From NCBI GenBank assembly GCA_963804995.1, contig CAWDSK010000003.1, forward strand, positions 288,001 through 352,000: a DNA stretch of 64,000 nucleotides, read 5' to 3'. The notes below the pieces were generated by a model that was given only the letters and a program-made list of their open reading frames with translations, searched no databases and had not been told where the DNA came from. The position numbers and the translations under genes were made by a program. Shown here in pieces: positions 39,967 to 50,155 of this stretch (position 1 is the stretch's first letter; every line of letters starts with the position of its first letter). The DNA is from an uncultured Acidobacteriota bacterium (GTDB lineage: Bacteria > Acidobacteriota > Terriglobia > UBA7540).

Positions 39967-40402
39967 TTAAGACAATGACCTCCATCCGAGCGTGGGTGAT
40001 GTAAGCCTTGGCGTGGAACTTTTGTTTGCGATAGACGCGGCAGGCAATCTTTCCGGAGCGGATGGCCTCAACGATGGCGGGAACGCCGGCGAGGAAATCA
40101 TTCTTCAGCTTTTCCGCTTCCAGGCTGTCATCCAACTTGTCTTTGATGTGAGCCAATCCCTCGGCAAGCGCGTTCTTTGTCTTTCGTGAGACCTCATCGC
40201 CCATCAGGATTCGAAAATGGTCCACCTTCTGCCATTCGTCCTTCAGGGCAAGCAGCGAGCCAATTTCAAAATAGCCTGTGGCGCAGTCGATGGATTGGGA
40301 GAGCTGGCACCAGTCGTGGAGGTAGCGCAGGACCTTCCAGTCCTCGTCGCTGTTATCGACAATGAAAAGCTCGCTGCCGCTAACGCTGGTTCGTTTTGGC
40401 AC
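39967..40402 (-). pseudogene. N-terminal PLD-like domain fragment, probably of a PLD-nuclease/SF2 helicase, truncated at a REP
   Basis: FIVDNS, ATGYFEIGSL, FRILMGDE, FHAKAYI. The frame runs into REP 39937-39966 about 10 codons after HAKAYI and stops. Confidence 0.75.
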
Positions 40403-40571
40403 CGCTTACGCCCCCTTGCCCATTTTGGCGGCGACCCGACCTAACGGACAATTGTGTTTACCCAAGGATCCTGTATTGACTTCGCAGCCAGGCGATTAAT
40501 GTACGCCTGACCGCCTCCGCCTGCAATGCTTCAACTTTGTTGTGCGTACAGGGTACCTGTAGCGACCATAG

Positions 40572-40641
40572 CCCTCTCCCGTGGGGTCGTAGATCCGCCG
40601 AGGCGGGAGAGGGTGGCCGACGGAGGAGGTCGGGTGAGGGG
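40572..40641. repeat. CCCTCTCCC...GGGAGAGGG...GGGTGAGGGG palindromic repeat family
   Basis: Related copies at about 45289-45358 (reverse) and about 51348-51369. Confidence 0.7.
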
Positions 40642-40818
40642 TCTTTTGCACAAGGCGTCGACGGCTCTCGCGATGGCGTTGAGCCCCTTCGAGGGGCCAG
40701 CACCCAATCTCGAATAACGCCCTATGAAAAACGTGAGGGGCCCATCCCTCGGGGATAGCACATCCCCGTCGTTAGTGCCCCTCATTCTATTGGCGAGGAG
40801 AAGAAGCGCCGCACCCCG

Positions 40819-41604
40819 TCACTGCTTGGTGAGCGCGGCCGTCTTCTTTTGGATGCCGTGATTGCCGCCGACGGCAAACCCGGTGAGCATCCCTTTGGCC
40901 TTCACATTGTCTTTGCCATAGGTGAAACGCAGATCGTAGGTTCCGGCCGGCAAGGGCACCTTTTGGGTGCTCCAGAAACTGACGATAGGCTGGAACTCCT
41001 GCTGGTCCGTGCCCGACTTAAAGACGTCAACATGCATGTTGTCGGCAACGTCATTTCCGCCCAGCGTGCCGAAGATGCGGACCCACTGCATGGGCGCCGC
41101 AAAGATGACTTCCGCCTTCCAGAGTTTGCCGGCCACAATGGCTACATTCCTGATCCATCCATCGCCCTTGCATACGTTACTCTCCTCATAACGGAGGCGG
41201 ATGTCCCAGGTTCCAGGCGTAACGGCAGGCTCATGAGAAGCCCAATCGCCCATCAGCGGCTTTTGTTCTTCCGGATCTGATCCCGGCTTCCAGATTTCCA
41301 GGCGGGTGTTGTCGCTGACCTCGATGGGCCCATCCAGGTCGAGAACCTTCACGCGTACGAGGCCCTTGGTCTTGTCCTCAGCTTCCTTGTCAAGGACCTT
41401 GGCCTTCACCTCTTTGACTGCGCCTGCAACCGGCAGGTCTACCGCCGTCATTGTGGTGTCACGTTCCGCTGGCGCCGGTATACCCGAGACGCCGTCCGGA
41501 GGTATCTCCGGGGGCGGTGGGCCGGCGGGCTTCTTCGAGCAACCGGTGACAAGCGCTAGCGCAAGTAACACGACACTAAACATCCTCAGGGCAAAATGGT
41601 TCAT
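40819..41604 (-). CDS. hypothetical lipoprotein
   Basis: Lipobox LVTGC, Pro-rich linker, two beta-rich repeats (PGTWDIR / PAGTYDLR). Confidence 0.8.
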   Translation of the reverse strand: MNHFALRMFSVVLLALALVTGCSKKPAGPPPPEIPPDGVSGIPAPAERDTTMTAVDLPVAGAVKEVKAKVLDKEAEDKTKGLVRVKVLDLDGPIEVSDNTRLEIWKPGSDPEEQKPLMGDWASHEPAVTPGTWDIRLRYEESNVCKGDGWIRNVAIVAGKLWKAEVIFAAPMQWVRIFGTLGGNDVADNMHVDVFKSGTDQQEFQPIVSFWSTQKVPLPAGTYDLRFTYGKDNVKAKGMLTGFAVGGNHGIQKKTAALTKQ

Positions 41605-42031
41605 CGCTTCGACCTCCGTTCGGACAGGATAAGTGGGCCCTTCAAGCCATTACAGGCGGGCCAATGGACGGTTGAAACTTACTGAGGGAAGGGGCGAGAT
41701 TTCCAACTTGCCTATTGTCCTCTCCACGCTCACAGCAGAGCGCTTTCGGCCTCGCCGGCCTCCAAGCCCCCCTCGATTCAAATTATGGGAACGCGCCACT
41801 TTAACGGCGCAGGGTTGAACAAGTACAGTATGTCTCGCGGTAAGCATGGGGTCAAGTCCCTGTGCGCGCAGGTGGTGGTGCATTATGATGTCGTAGCGGC
41901 GAGTTCACCTCGCCATGGCGGCGTCCCGATAAGATCGGGATAAATTCTGCCGCCTCCACGTCAACAGGCTGGCGCTCAACCTCTATGTGCCGGCCACTCG
42001 AATAAGTGAAGTCGTGCATGCACGTCCCGCA

Positions 42032-42223
42032 GGGGTAGCCACGGTCAGCGTTTTTCTGACCGTGGGTTCTTCCATTGATCGCGAAGGTGGAGTTACAACA
42101 ATTATGATCTGGTAAAGACAATGCTGGCCGCATGCTCCATCCGGGTTGATTCTATGCGGTTGCCGATGAGATATCGTGATAAGAAGGACCCACGGTCAGA
42201 AAAACGCTGACCGTGGCTACCCC
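42032..42223. repeat. inverted REP pair GGGGTAGCCACGGTCAGCGTTTTTCTGACCGTGGG ... CCCACGGTCAGAAAAACGCTGACCGTGGCTACCCC
   Basis: Near-perfect 35-bp inverted repeats; a related pair at about 51095-51278 and related halves at about 43122-43145 and 45180-45203. Confidence 0.85.
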
Positions 42224-42302
42224 GCTGGTATCCTATGCTGGCGGGGACGCGAGACACCGTATCTTATGCGGATCAAACTAATCATGGGTTGGGGCTGAGG
42301 AC

Positions 42303-43079
42303 ATGACACACGAATTTGATGGCGAGAAGTACGAGAAGGCATCTGCCCACCAGAAGGAGTGGGGGATGAGGCTTATTGCAGAACTCGATTTGCAAGGAAC
42401 CGAGCGGATTCTCGACCTGGGATGCGGAGATGGGACGCTCTCCGCACAGATGGCCGGTCTTGTTCCCCATGGGGAGGTGGTTGGCATCGACGCTTCCCGC
42501 GGCATGATTCAGGCGGCACGATCGAAGGAGCGGAAAAACCTGCGGTTTCTTCTGATGGACATCAATGAGCTGAACTACGCCGAGCGATTCGATGTTGTAT
42601 TCTCCAACGCCGCCCTCCATTGGATCAAGGACCACAAGCGTCTGCTCCGGAATGTCCGTCACGCCTTGTGTAAAGGCGGGAGGCTCCGCTTCAACTTCGC
42701 GGGAGAAGGAAACTGCTCGCACTTTTTCTCGGTCATTCGGGAAGCCATGTTAAGGCAGGAATTTGCAGTCCATTTTGCGGGATTCGATTGGCCTTGGTAC
42801 ATGCCCTCCGTGCAGGAGTACGCGGCTTTGGTGGATGCGAGCGGAATGGAGCAGGGACGCGTCTGGGGAGAAAACGCGGACAGATACTTTCCGGACACCA
42901 CGGAGATGATCAAGTGGATCGACCAGCCCAGCCTTGTGCCCCTTCTCCCCTATGTCCCGGAGAGGGATAAGGCTGCGTTCCGGGAGTACGTCGTCAGAAG
43001 AATGATTGAGGAGACGCGACAGGACGACGGCAGATGCTTTGAGACTTTCCGTCGAATAAACGTGTTTGCACACAAATGA
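42303..43079 (+). CDS. class I SAM-dependent methyltransferase (trans-aconitate methyltransferase-like)
   Basis: ILDLGCGDG, VVGIDAS, FDVVFSNAALHWI. Confidence 0.92.
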   Translation: MTHEFDGEKYEKASAHQKEWGMRLIAELDLQGTERILDLGCGDGTLSAQMAGLVPHGEVVGIDASRGMIQAARSKERKNLRFLLMDINELNYAERFDVVFSNAALHWIKDHKRLLRNVRHALCKGGRLRFNFAGEGNCSHFFSVIREAMLRQEFAVHFAGFDWPWYMPSVQEYAALVDASGMEQGRVWGENADRYFPDTTEMIKWIDQPSLVPLLPYVPERDKAAFREYVVRRMIEETRQDDGRCFETFRRINVFAHK

Positions 43080-43177
43080 GCGTGCAGCGAGGCAGTCGGG
43101 GACCCTTGTGCCAACACCCCACCGCGGCGACACCGTGGCTACCCCACTAAAAATCAAGAAAACATGGTATTGCAGGG

Positions 43178-43210
43178 CAGAGTAATCCCGCTCCGAGCGG
43201 GATTACTCTG
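43178..43210. terminator. hairpin between convergent genes
   Basis: CAGAGTAATCCCGCT-CCG-AGCGGGATTACTCTG. Confidence 0.55.
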
Positions 43211-43331
43211 TGATTTGTTCGTCTCTGGATGTTAATACTCGTGTTGCGGTTATCATTTTACAAGTCGCAGAGTAAGACAGACTACGCCTCACTCTGCGCA
43301 TGTATCGACGTGCTTCTAGCGCCCTTGCCGT

Positions 43332-44765
43332 CTAGAGCCTGGCGATGATGCTCTGCGCTGCCGAGAGGAGAGGGGCGGCGGTCGCGGCGGCCAGCCGGTG
43401 GCTCTTCACCAGGGCGCTGACGGCGTTGATGAAGGACTGGAGCACGTTGATCGCGTCCGCGGTGTCACCCGCTTGCAGGTAGGCTTGCGCCGCTCGCAGC
43501 TTGGCGTTAAGGCTGTGCGTTTCGCTCGAGCTGAGCCCCACACTGGGGCTCGCGATCTCCGCGCTGAGGTTGGTGATAGCCAGAGAGGGCGTGGCCCCAG
43601 TCAGCACAAATCCGTGAAACACTCCGCTCGTGTCCGTGTAGGCCCCGGTGATAATCCCCGCCGCGTTGATGCCGGTTGCGACGGTTCCCTGAAACAAGCC
43701 GGCCGTCCCTGCACCCGGAACGTCGATGGGGGTTAGGACGCCATTGGCAGCACGCACGAAGCCGTGCAGCGCCGCGTTCGTGTCCGTGTACATCCCCGCG
43801 ACATCGCCCGCGTCGTCAATACTGACGCCGGCGGTTCCCTGAATCCAGCCCTGGGCCGCTGCGCCCGGAGCGTCGAAAGTGGTTATCGTACCATTGGTAG
43901 CACGCACAAAGCCGTGCCTGCCGTTCGTGTCCCCATAGGCCCCCGCGATGACCCCCGCCGAGTTGATGCTGATAGGGAGGATTCCTTTATAGTTGCCCGA
44001 GCCCGTGCCCGGAGAGTCGAAGGTTTTTATGGAGCCATTGGCAGCGCGCACGAAGCCGTGATACACCGGGGCATGGGGAACGTACGAGATGACGTAGAAT
44101 CCCGTGATAACCCCCCCCGCGTTGATGCTGAGGGGTTCGGTTCCCGCATACGCGCCCGTGCCTGCGGCTGGAACCTCGAAGGTGGTTATCGGGCCACTGG
44201 CAGGGAGCAGCAACCCGTGATACAAAGCGCTGTCGTCCCGGTAGAATCCCGTCACAGCTCCCAACGTGTTGACACCCATGAGGGTGGTTCCGTTATGTCC
44301 GGCCAAGCTAGCGTCCGGAGCCTCGTAGGTGGATATCGTGCCACCCGCAGTGCGCACGAAGCCGTGATAAAGGTTGCTCCCGTCAGAGGACATGCCCACG
44401 ATTTCCCCCGCCGCGTTGATGCTGAAGAGGAAGGTTCCCTGATTGCCACCCGAGCCTGCGTCCAGAGCGTCCAAGGTGGTTAGGGCGCCACTGGCGGTAC
44501 GCACGAAGCCGTGAGCCACAAGACCCGAGCCCACCAGGCAGAATCCCGTGATTTCCCCCGTCGCGTTGATGCTGATGGGGAACGTTCCCTGAGGCGCCGC
44601 CGTGGCTGCGCCTGTCGCGTCGAAAGTAGTGAAGGTCTGTGCTTGCGCCGAGGGGGCCGCAACGATCGCCAGGCCAAGCAGAATTGTTAACGCCAGCGCG
44701 GCGCCTGTCGCCCGCCCGCGTATTCCTGGAATCCAGCTCCGATATTGCGATGGGTTATTCATCAA
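43332..44765 (-). CDS. secreted beta-repeat protein with short C-terminal helical (FIMAH-like) domain
   Basis: Signal peptide and about 7 repeats of TTFDAPGA..GT.P.SIN..G.I.G.Y.D...HGFVR; tail ends LQSFINAVSAL...LLSAAQSII. Confidence 0.8.
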   Translation of the reverse strand: MMNNPSQYRSWIPGIRGRATGAALALTILLGLAIVAAPSAQAQTFTTFDATGAATAAPQGTFPISINATGEITGFCLVGSGLVAHGFVRTASGALTTLDALDAGSGGNQGTFLFSINAAGEIVGMSSDGSNLYHGFVRTAGGTISTYEAPDASLAGHNGTTLMGVNTLGAVTGFYRDDSALYHGLLLPASGPITTFEVPAAGTGAYAGTEPLSINAGGVITGFYVISYVPHAPVYHGFVRAANGSIKTFDSPGTGSGNYKGILPISINSAGVIAGAYGDTNGRHGFVRATNGTITTFDAPGAAAQGWIQGTAGVSIDDAGDVAGMYTDTNAALHGFVRAANGVLTPIDVPGAGTAGLFQGTVATGINAAGIITGAYTDTSGVFHGFVLTGATPSLAITNLSAEIASPSVGLSSSETHSLNAKLRAAQAYLQAGDTADAINVLQSFINAVSALVKSHRLAAATAAPLLSAAQSIIARL

Positions 44766-45434
44766 GTCCGCTCCTTTTCTGCTGTTGGGTAAGGTTTTCT
44801 CCGCAGCATGGGTTCATGCGGCGACGAGGGGGGCCAGGGTTCCGTGCGAAATCGTGAAGGCATCTGTCGCCTTCCGCCAGACACTCTTCATAGGATTCCT
44901 CCGTCGACTCTGGTTTGGGTTACACACAGCTCAAGCTCACAAACTGACCGTGGAGCGAGTTCCGCGCCACTCGAGATCGGGCAATTATCCCCCCCTGGCC
45001 AGCCGTCTAGATGCATCCAAAGTTTATATTGAATTTTCTATTGCTCGCTTTCCTCGCGCCGCAACGGTACTCCTTTCAGCCGGCCAATGCAATTTAAATT
45101 GAGTTTTAAGTGGAGTTTGTAGCGGGTGGTCATCACGGTCAAAAAAAGTCGTCCACCATTAAGATTGGCGGACTTTCAGCCGCGGCGACACCGTGGCTAC
45201 CCCGCTTCAGAGAAGCTCAGCGCCTGCCGCCTGACGAGGGCAGGTCGAACTAGTGTCCTGAGTCAGAAGTTCGCTGATTATTAGAGAACCCCCTCACCCG
45301 TCCCGCCCCGGCTGATGAAAACGCCGGCGGCGGTCCACCCTCTCCCCTCGGAGAGGGCTATGATTTCAATTTCTATCCCGAACAACAGGTCCGCGCTACT
45401 TGCTTTTGTGGTGAGATAATGGCTGGGGGTAAAG

Positions 45435-46389
45435 ATGAATCGATATGAGTTTCTGAAAACGTTAGCCGGAGCGGCGGCGATGGCTCTCCCTCGCTACTCT
45501 TTAGGTGAGGAGCCGGCGGCCCCCAGAACTTACACTTACAAATCCGTGGGGGGCTGCGACATCAAGCTGGATGTGTACGGCGCGGACTCAACCGTGCGGA
45601 AGCCAGTCATCGTCTGGATTCACGGCGGCGCCTTGATAATGGAATCGAGAAAGGCGATGGCCAGGTGGCTCAACCCCAAAGGCGACCACGTGGTCATCTC
45701 CATCGATTACCGCTTAGCGCCTGAGACGAAACTGCCGCCGATTATCGAGGATGTGCAAGACGCTTTCCGGTGGATTCGGAAGCAAGGCCCGTCACTTTTG
45801 AACATCGACGCACAGAAGTTAATCGTCGCCGGCGGCTCTGCCGGGGGCTACTTAACTTTGATGACCGGCTTTTGCATCACGCCGCGCCCCAGGGCACTCA
45901 TCTCGCTCTCAGGATATGGTGGCATCATAGGGCCGTGGTATAGCCAGCCGAGTCCCTATTACCTCGAAGCACGTGCCGCGCATCAGCAAAGAAGCTGCTT
46001 ACGCCTCGGTGGGAACCGCTTGCGTTTCTGAGCCTGCGGCGCCGGACCAGCGCGGAACGTTCTATCACTATTGCAGGCAAAATGGGATTTGGCCGCAGGA
46101 AGTGACGGGGCATGATCCTAAGACTGAACCGGAATGGTTTAAGCCCTACTGCCCTGTCGAAAACGTTTCGTCGAAATACCCGCCCACCGTCTTGATCCAC
46201 GGGACGGCCGACACAGATGTGCCGTATGAAGAGTCCGCCAACATGGACAAGGCATTGACCCGCTTCCAGGTCGAGCACAAGTTCATCACGGTTCCCGGGG
46301 GTGATCATGGGATCAAGAACCCGGCCCCGGCGGAAAAGGCACGCATTTTTCAAGAGGCTTTGGATTTTGCTTTGGCGCACGCGAGTTGA
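45435..46389 (+). pseudogene. HSL-type alpha/beta hydrolase split by a +1 frameshift
   Basis: HGGAL, IDYRLAPE and GGSAGG in ORF 45435..46031; LIHGTADTDVP and GGDHG in the next frame (45973..46389). Removing one base near 45966 gives YYL-KHVPRIS. Confidence 0.8.
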
Positions 46390-46600
46390 GACTGTGGATC
46401 GGATTTGTCACGTGGGTTGGGAAGGACGGGGCTTTACAGGCCACGGGAAAACGCCACAATGCGGATAACCACCCCGGCGCTTGGCCCCGATGATCAATTT
46501 GGAAAGAACGCGCTATCGGGGCTCGGCGCGCCACCCCTCCTGAATCAGGAGGGGAGTTCTACCGCAGCTTGGTTAGTCTCGGTGACGCCGAGCCCGCTCG

Positions 46601-46677
46601 GTAGTACAGGCACTCCTGCCTGTAAAGGCGGCTCGAAGGTTCGAGCCTAATGACACAGCCAGGAGTGGCTGTGCTAC
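46601..46677. repeat. GTAG-type REP doublet
   Basis: GTAGTACAGGCACTCCTGCCTGT...ACAGCCAGGAGTGGCTGTGCTAC. Confidence 0.7.
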
Positions 46678-46772
46678 CGCCGCACGGTCAGCCCCTCCGG
46701 CGCTTGGCCCCGATGATCAATTTGGAAAGAACACGCTATCAGGGCTACCAGAGTTGGAATGGAGTTTCAGGG

Positions 46773-47879
46773 TTAGCGTTTGTGGGATAAGGCCGATTTC
46801 AAGATCTTCTGGGTGGTCTCGGCAACCAAGTCTCCCATGTGGGTGGTCGTGGTCGGACGCTTTTTGCCGGGAATGTCAGCGGTGCGCACGCCCCGCTTCA
46901 ATATCCTCTCGATAGCTTGCTCAATGGCCACCGCGACAGGCTCATTGCGCAAGGTGTAACGGAACATCAGCGCCACGGAGGCAATCGCCGCCATGGGATT
47001 GGCGCGATTGCGGCCGGCGATGTCGGGCGCGGAACCGTGAACGGGCTCATAGAGGGCCGAGTGCTCACCCAGACTCGCAGAGGGCAGCAGGCCGATGGAA
47101 CCCGTCAGCATGGCAGCTTCATCACTCAGGATGTCGCCAAACATGTTGTTGGTCAGCACCACGTCAAAGCTGGTAGGCTTGTCGATCAACTGCATGGCGC
47201 AGTTGTCAACATAGAGGTGGTTCAGTTCAACGTCGGGATAGGATCGCCCGATGTGCGTGACCACTTCCCGCCAGAGACGCGACAACTCCAGGACATTGGC
47301 CTTGTCGACCGAGGTCACTTTGCGTCGCCGCAGACGCGCCAACTGGAAGGCCCGATGCGCGACGCGCTCCACTTCGTGCTCGCGATAGACTTCTGTGTTG
47401 ACGCCCAGGCGCTCGCCATTTTTGACGAAAATGCCGCGCGGATTGCCAAAGTAAATGCCGCCCATCAACTCGCGCACGATGACCATGTCGGTGCCGCGCA
47501 CGCGGTCCGGCTTCAAGGCGGAAATGCCAACCAGGGAATCGAGCACCCGCGCGGGCCGCAGGTTCACGTAAAGGCCCAACCGCTGGCGCAATTGCAGCAA
47601 ACCTTGCTCGGGACGCAACTCAGGACGTTTCGAATCCCATTGCGGTCCACCCACTGCTCCCAAAAGCACGGCATTCGAATTGTTGCAAATGGAAATCGTT
47701 TCGGCAGGAAGCGGTGAGGCAGTTTGATCGAGGGCGCAGCCGCCAATCAGACCACTTTGAAATCGGAAGGTTGGGCCAATAATTTCCTCAACCGCCTTAA
47801 GGACTTTCACGGCTTCCGCCGTGACCTCAGGCCCAATCCCATCGCCGCCAAGTACCGCTATCCTGTAGAGACTTTGCAT
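46773..47879 (-). CDS. leuB: 3-isopropylmalate dehydrogenase
   Basis: GDGIGPEV, GAVGGP, RELMGGIYFG, VDKANVL, NMFGDILSDEA, EPVHGSAPDIAG. Confidence 0.96.
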   Translation of the reverse strand: MQSLYRIAVLGGDGIGPEVTAEAVKVLKAVEEIIGPTFRFQSGLIGGCALDQTASPLPAETISICNNSNAVLLGAVGGPQWDSKRPELRPEQGLLQLRQRLGLYVNLRPARVLDSLVGISALKPDRVRGTDMVIVRELMGGIYFGNPRGIFVKNGERLGVNTEVYREHEVERVAHRAFQLARLRRRKVTSVDKANVLELSRLWREVVTHIGRSYPDVELNHLYVDNCAMQLIDKPTSFDVVLTNNMFGDILSDEAAMLTGSIGLLPSASLGEHSALYEPVHGSAPDIAGRNRANPMAAIASVALMFRYTLRNEPVAVAIEQAIERILKRGVRTADIPGKKRPTTTTHMGDLVAETTQKILKSALSHKR

Positions 47880-48174
47880 ACCTTTAGTTATCTATATGTT
47901 ACAAGATTGTCACGCTGAAATGCAAGGTTTTATTGAGGTTAGCCTTTACAAAGGGCTACAGGGGGATATTTCCCCTCATAACCCAATTCAAGTCATTTGT
48001 TTTCTTGATTTTGAGATAAACAGGTTATTGTCAGAAAGTGACACAATGACATAGTTTTGACCGTCGCACGCCTCTCCGGCCTATGTCATCCGTCAGAATC
48101 TTGCCGGTTGAGGGTGCGCCCTCTCCAGGGGAAGATTTACCGCCAGGTCAAGGTCAGTATCCTCCCGGAAGAAG

Positions 48175-49746
48175 TCAGTCCTCGCCTTCGTTCTTGGGCA
48201 CGGACCCGGAAGTAACTTCCGCAGATTCCTCAGCGCGCTTCATTTCGTACGCAGCTTTGTTCGCCGTCTGCAAATAAGCCCGGGCGGCTGCCTCCACGAC
48301 GCTGTGGTTGCTGGACTTCCCCGTGAATTCACGCCCCTCAAAGCGCGCCCGGATACTGACTTCCGCAACGCCGTCGGTGCCCGGTCCCACGGTGTGGACG
48401 GAAAAGTCTGAAATAATTCCCGGCATGCCGGTGATGCGGTCGATGGCCCGGAAGGCAGCGTCGCACGGACCTTCCCCCGTGGCCGAATCGTGGAACACTT
48501 CCCCATCCTTTTCGAGTTCCACGGTCGCAGTAGAGCGCCATTCGTTTGAGGACACGCTTTGCAAAAGCTTCAGCGCAAACATCTCCGGGATGTGGTCAAA
48601 TCCCTCGTTGACGATGCCGATCAGGTCTTCGTCGTAGATGCCCTTTTTGCGGTCCGCCAGTTGTGTGAAGAGCTGATAGGCGCTCTCCAGCTCCGGTTTC
48701 GTCAGTTGATAGCCCAGTTCTTCGTAACGCTTGGCCAGCGCGTGCCGGCCCGAGTGTTTCCCCAGCACAATGGAATTTGACGGCATCCCTACGGTCCGAG
48801 GCGTAATAATTTCGTAGGTAATGGCGTTCTTAAGGACTCCATCCTGGTGAATCCCCGCCTCGTGAGCGAAGGCGTTGCGCCCCACAATGGCCTTGTTGCG
48901 CTGCACGATGGAGCCGGTGAGGCGCGTGAGCATTTGGCTCGAAGCGAAAAGTTCCTCGGTGTGAATGTCCGTATACACGGGCAGGACATCGCGCCGCACG
49001 TAAACGGCCATCACGATTTCTTCCAGCGCCGCATTGCCCGCGCGCTCGCCAATACCGTTGACAGTGCACTCCACCTGCCGCGCCCCGCCGCGAATGCCCG
49101 CCAGCGTGTTGGCCGCCGCCATGCCCAAGTCGTCATGCGTGTGCGTACTCAGGACCACATGGTCCATGCCCGGCAATCGCGTCTTCACGTCGCGAAACAT
49201 CTGCTCGTATTCCGGCTCCAGGCAATAGCCGACCGTGTCGGGCAGATTCAGGACGGTAGCTCCGGATTCCACCGCGGCGTGGCAGCACTCGATCAGATAG
49301 TTGCGGTCGGTGCGGCCCGCGTCCTCCGGTGAAAACTCCACATCCTGGCACTTGGACTTCGCGTAGGCCACCGCCCAACTGATCATCTTCAGGATTTCCT
49401 CGCGCGTCTTGTGCAATTTGAATTGCAGGTGGATATCGGAAGTAGCAAGAAAAGTGTGGATGCGCGGCCGTTCCGCACCCTGCAGCGCTTCCCAGGCACG
49501 GTCGATGTCAAGCTGATTGGCTCTGGCCAGCGCGGCGATGATCGGTCGCCGGATCTCCCCCGAAATAGCCTTCACCGCCTCAAAATCCCCCCGGGAGGCA
49601 ATGGGGAACCCCGCTTCCAGGATGTCCACGCCCAGACGCTCAAGCTGCCGCGACATTTCGATCTTCTCGCCCAGGTTCATGCTGCAACCCGGAGACTGTT
49701 CGCCATCCCGCAGCGTGGTATCGAAGATCAGAATCTTATCAGGCAT
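48175..49746 (-). CDS. leuA: 2-isopropylmalate synthase
   Basis: FDTTLRDGEQSPG, LPDTVG, HTHDDLG, NGIGERAGN, AHEAGIHQDG, LGKHSGRHA; ATG at 49746 after GGGAGG. Confidence 0.96.
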   Translation of the reverse strand: MPDKILIFDTTLRDGEQSPGCSMNLGEKIEMSRQLERLGVDILEAGFPIASRGDFEAVKAISGEIRRPIIAALARANQLDIDRAWEALQGAERPRIHTFLATSDIHLQFKLHKTREEILKMISWAVAYAKSKCQDVEFSPEDAGRTDRNYLIECCHAAVESGATVLNLPDTVGYCLEPEYEQMFRDVKTRLPGMDHVVLSTHTHDDLGMAAANTLAGIRGGARQVECTVNGIGERAGNAALEEIVMAVYVRRDVLPVYTDIHTEELFASSQMLTRLTGSIVQRNKAIVGRNAFAHEAGIHQDGVLKNAITYEIITPRTVGMPSNSIVLGKHSGRHALAKRYEELGYQLTKPELESAYQLFTQLADRKKGIYDEDLIGIVNEGFDHIPEMFALKLLQSVSSNEWRSTATVELEKDGEVFHDSATGEGPCDAAFRAIDRITGMPGIISDFSVHTVGPGTDGVAEVSIRARFEGREFTGKSSNHSVVEAAARAYLQTANKAAYEMKRAEESAEVTSGSVPKNEGED

Positions 49747-49762
49747 CTTGCCTCCCAAGTGC

Positions 49763-49981
49763 AGTGGCTAGTTGCTAGTGGCTAGTGGTTAGTGGCTAGC
49801 AACTGACCTTGTGTCACTTGTGTTGCGTTCGGAAAGTGTGTTTACCGCAGCGTCCCGACCTGTCGGAATACATGGCGGCAAAAGCCCGACACACAATCAA
49901 ATTGATTCACGTCGCATAGGTAATCCTATTTACCGAACGCAACACGAGCGACTAACCACTAGCCACTAACCACTAGCCACT
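49763..49981. repeat. nested inverted repeat: heptamer arrays (TAGTGGC/GCCACTA) enclosing a MITE-like unit (GTGTTGCGTTCGG...CCGAACGCAACAC, 49820-49945)
   Basis: Read directly from sequence. Confidence 0.75.
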
Positions 49982-50035
49982 TGATTATTGTCCGACCGGT
50001 CGGATGGTCGAGTCAAGTTTATAATTGTTCTGATA

Positions 50036-50054
50036 TCATAAGCATGTGTTATGA
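50036..50054. promoter_or_regulatory. LysR-type binding box TCATAA-N7-TTATGA
   Basis: Dyad with a T-N11-A core between divergent leuA and the LysR gene. Confidence 0.65.
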
Positions 50055-50155
50055 GATAAGCAAGGATTCCGACGACCCGGCGAGCGGAGTGTGTTCCCTG
50101 CTCCCCCGATCGCCCGATCTCCGGATCGCCCGATCGCCCGATTACCGGAGGCCTC

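Noticed and set aside
36092..40402. Complete DISARM or BREX system
   Set aside because: Only a methylase and a truncated PLD-like fragment are present; no drmA/drmB, pglZ or brxC.
49747..49990. Leucine leader peptide upstream of leuA
   Set aside because: The two short ATG ORFs on the minus strand contain no Leu codons, and no U-tailed terminator was seen.
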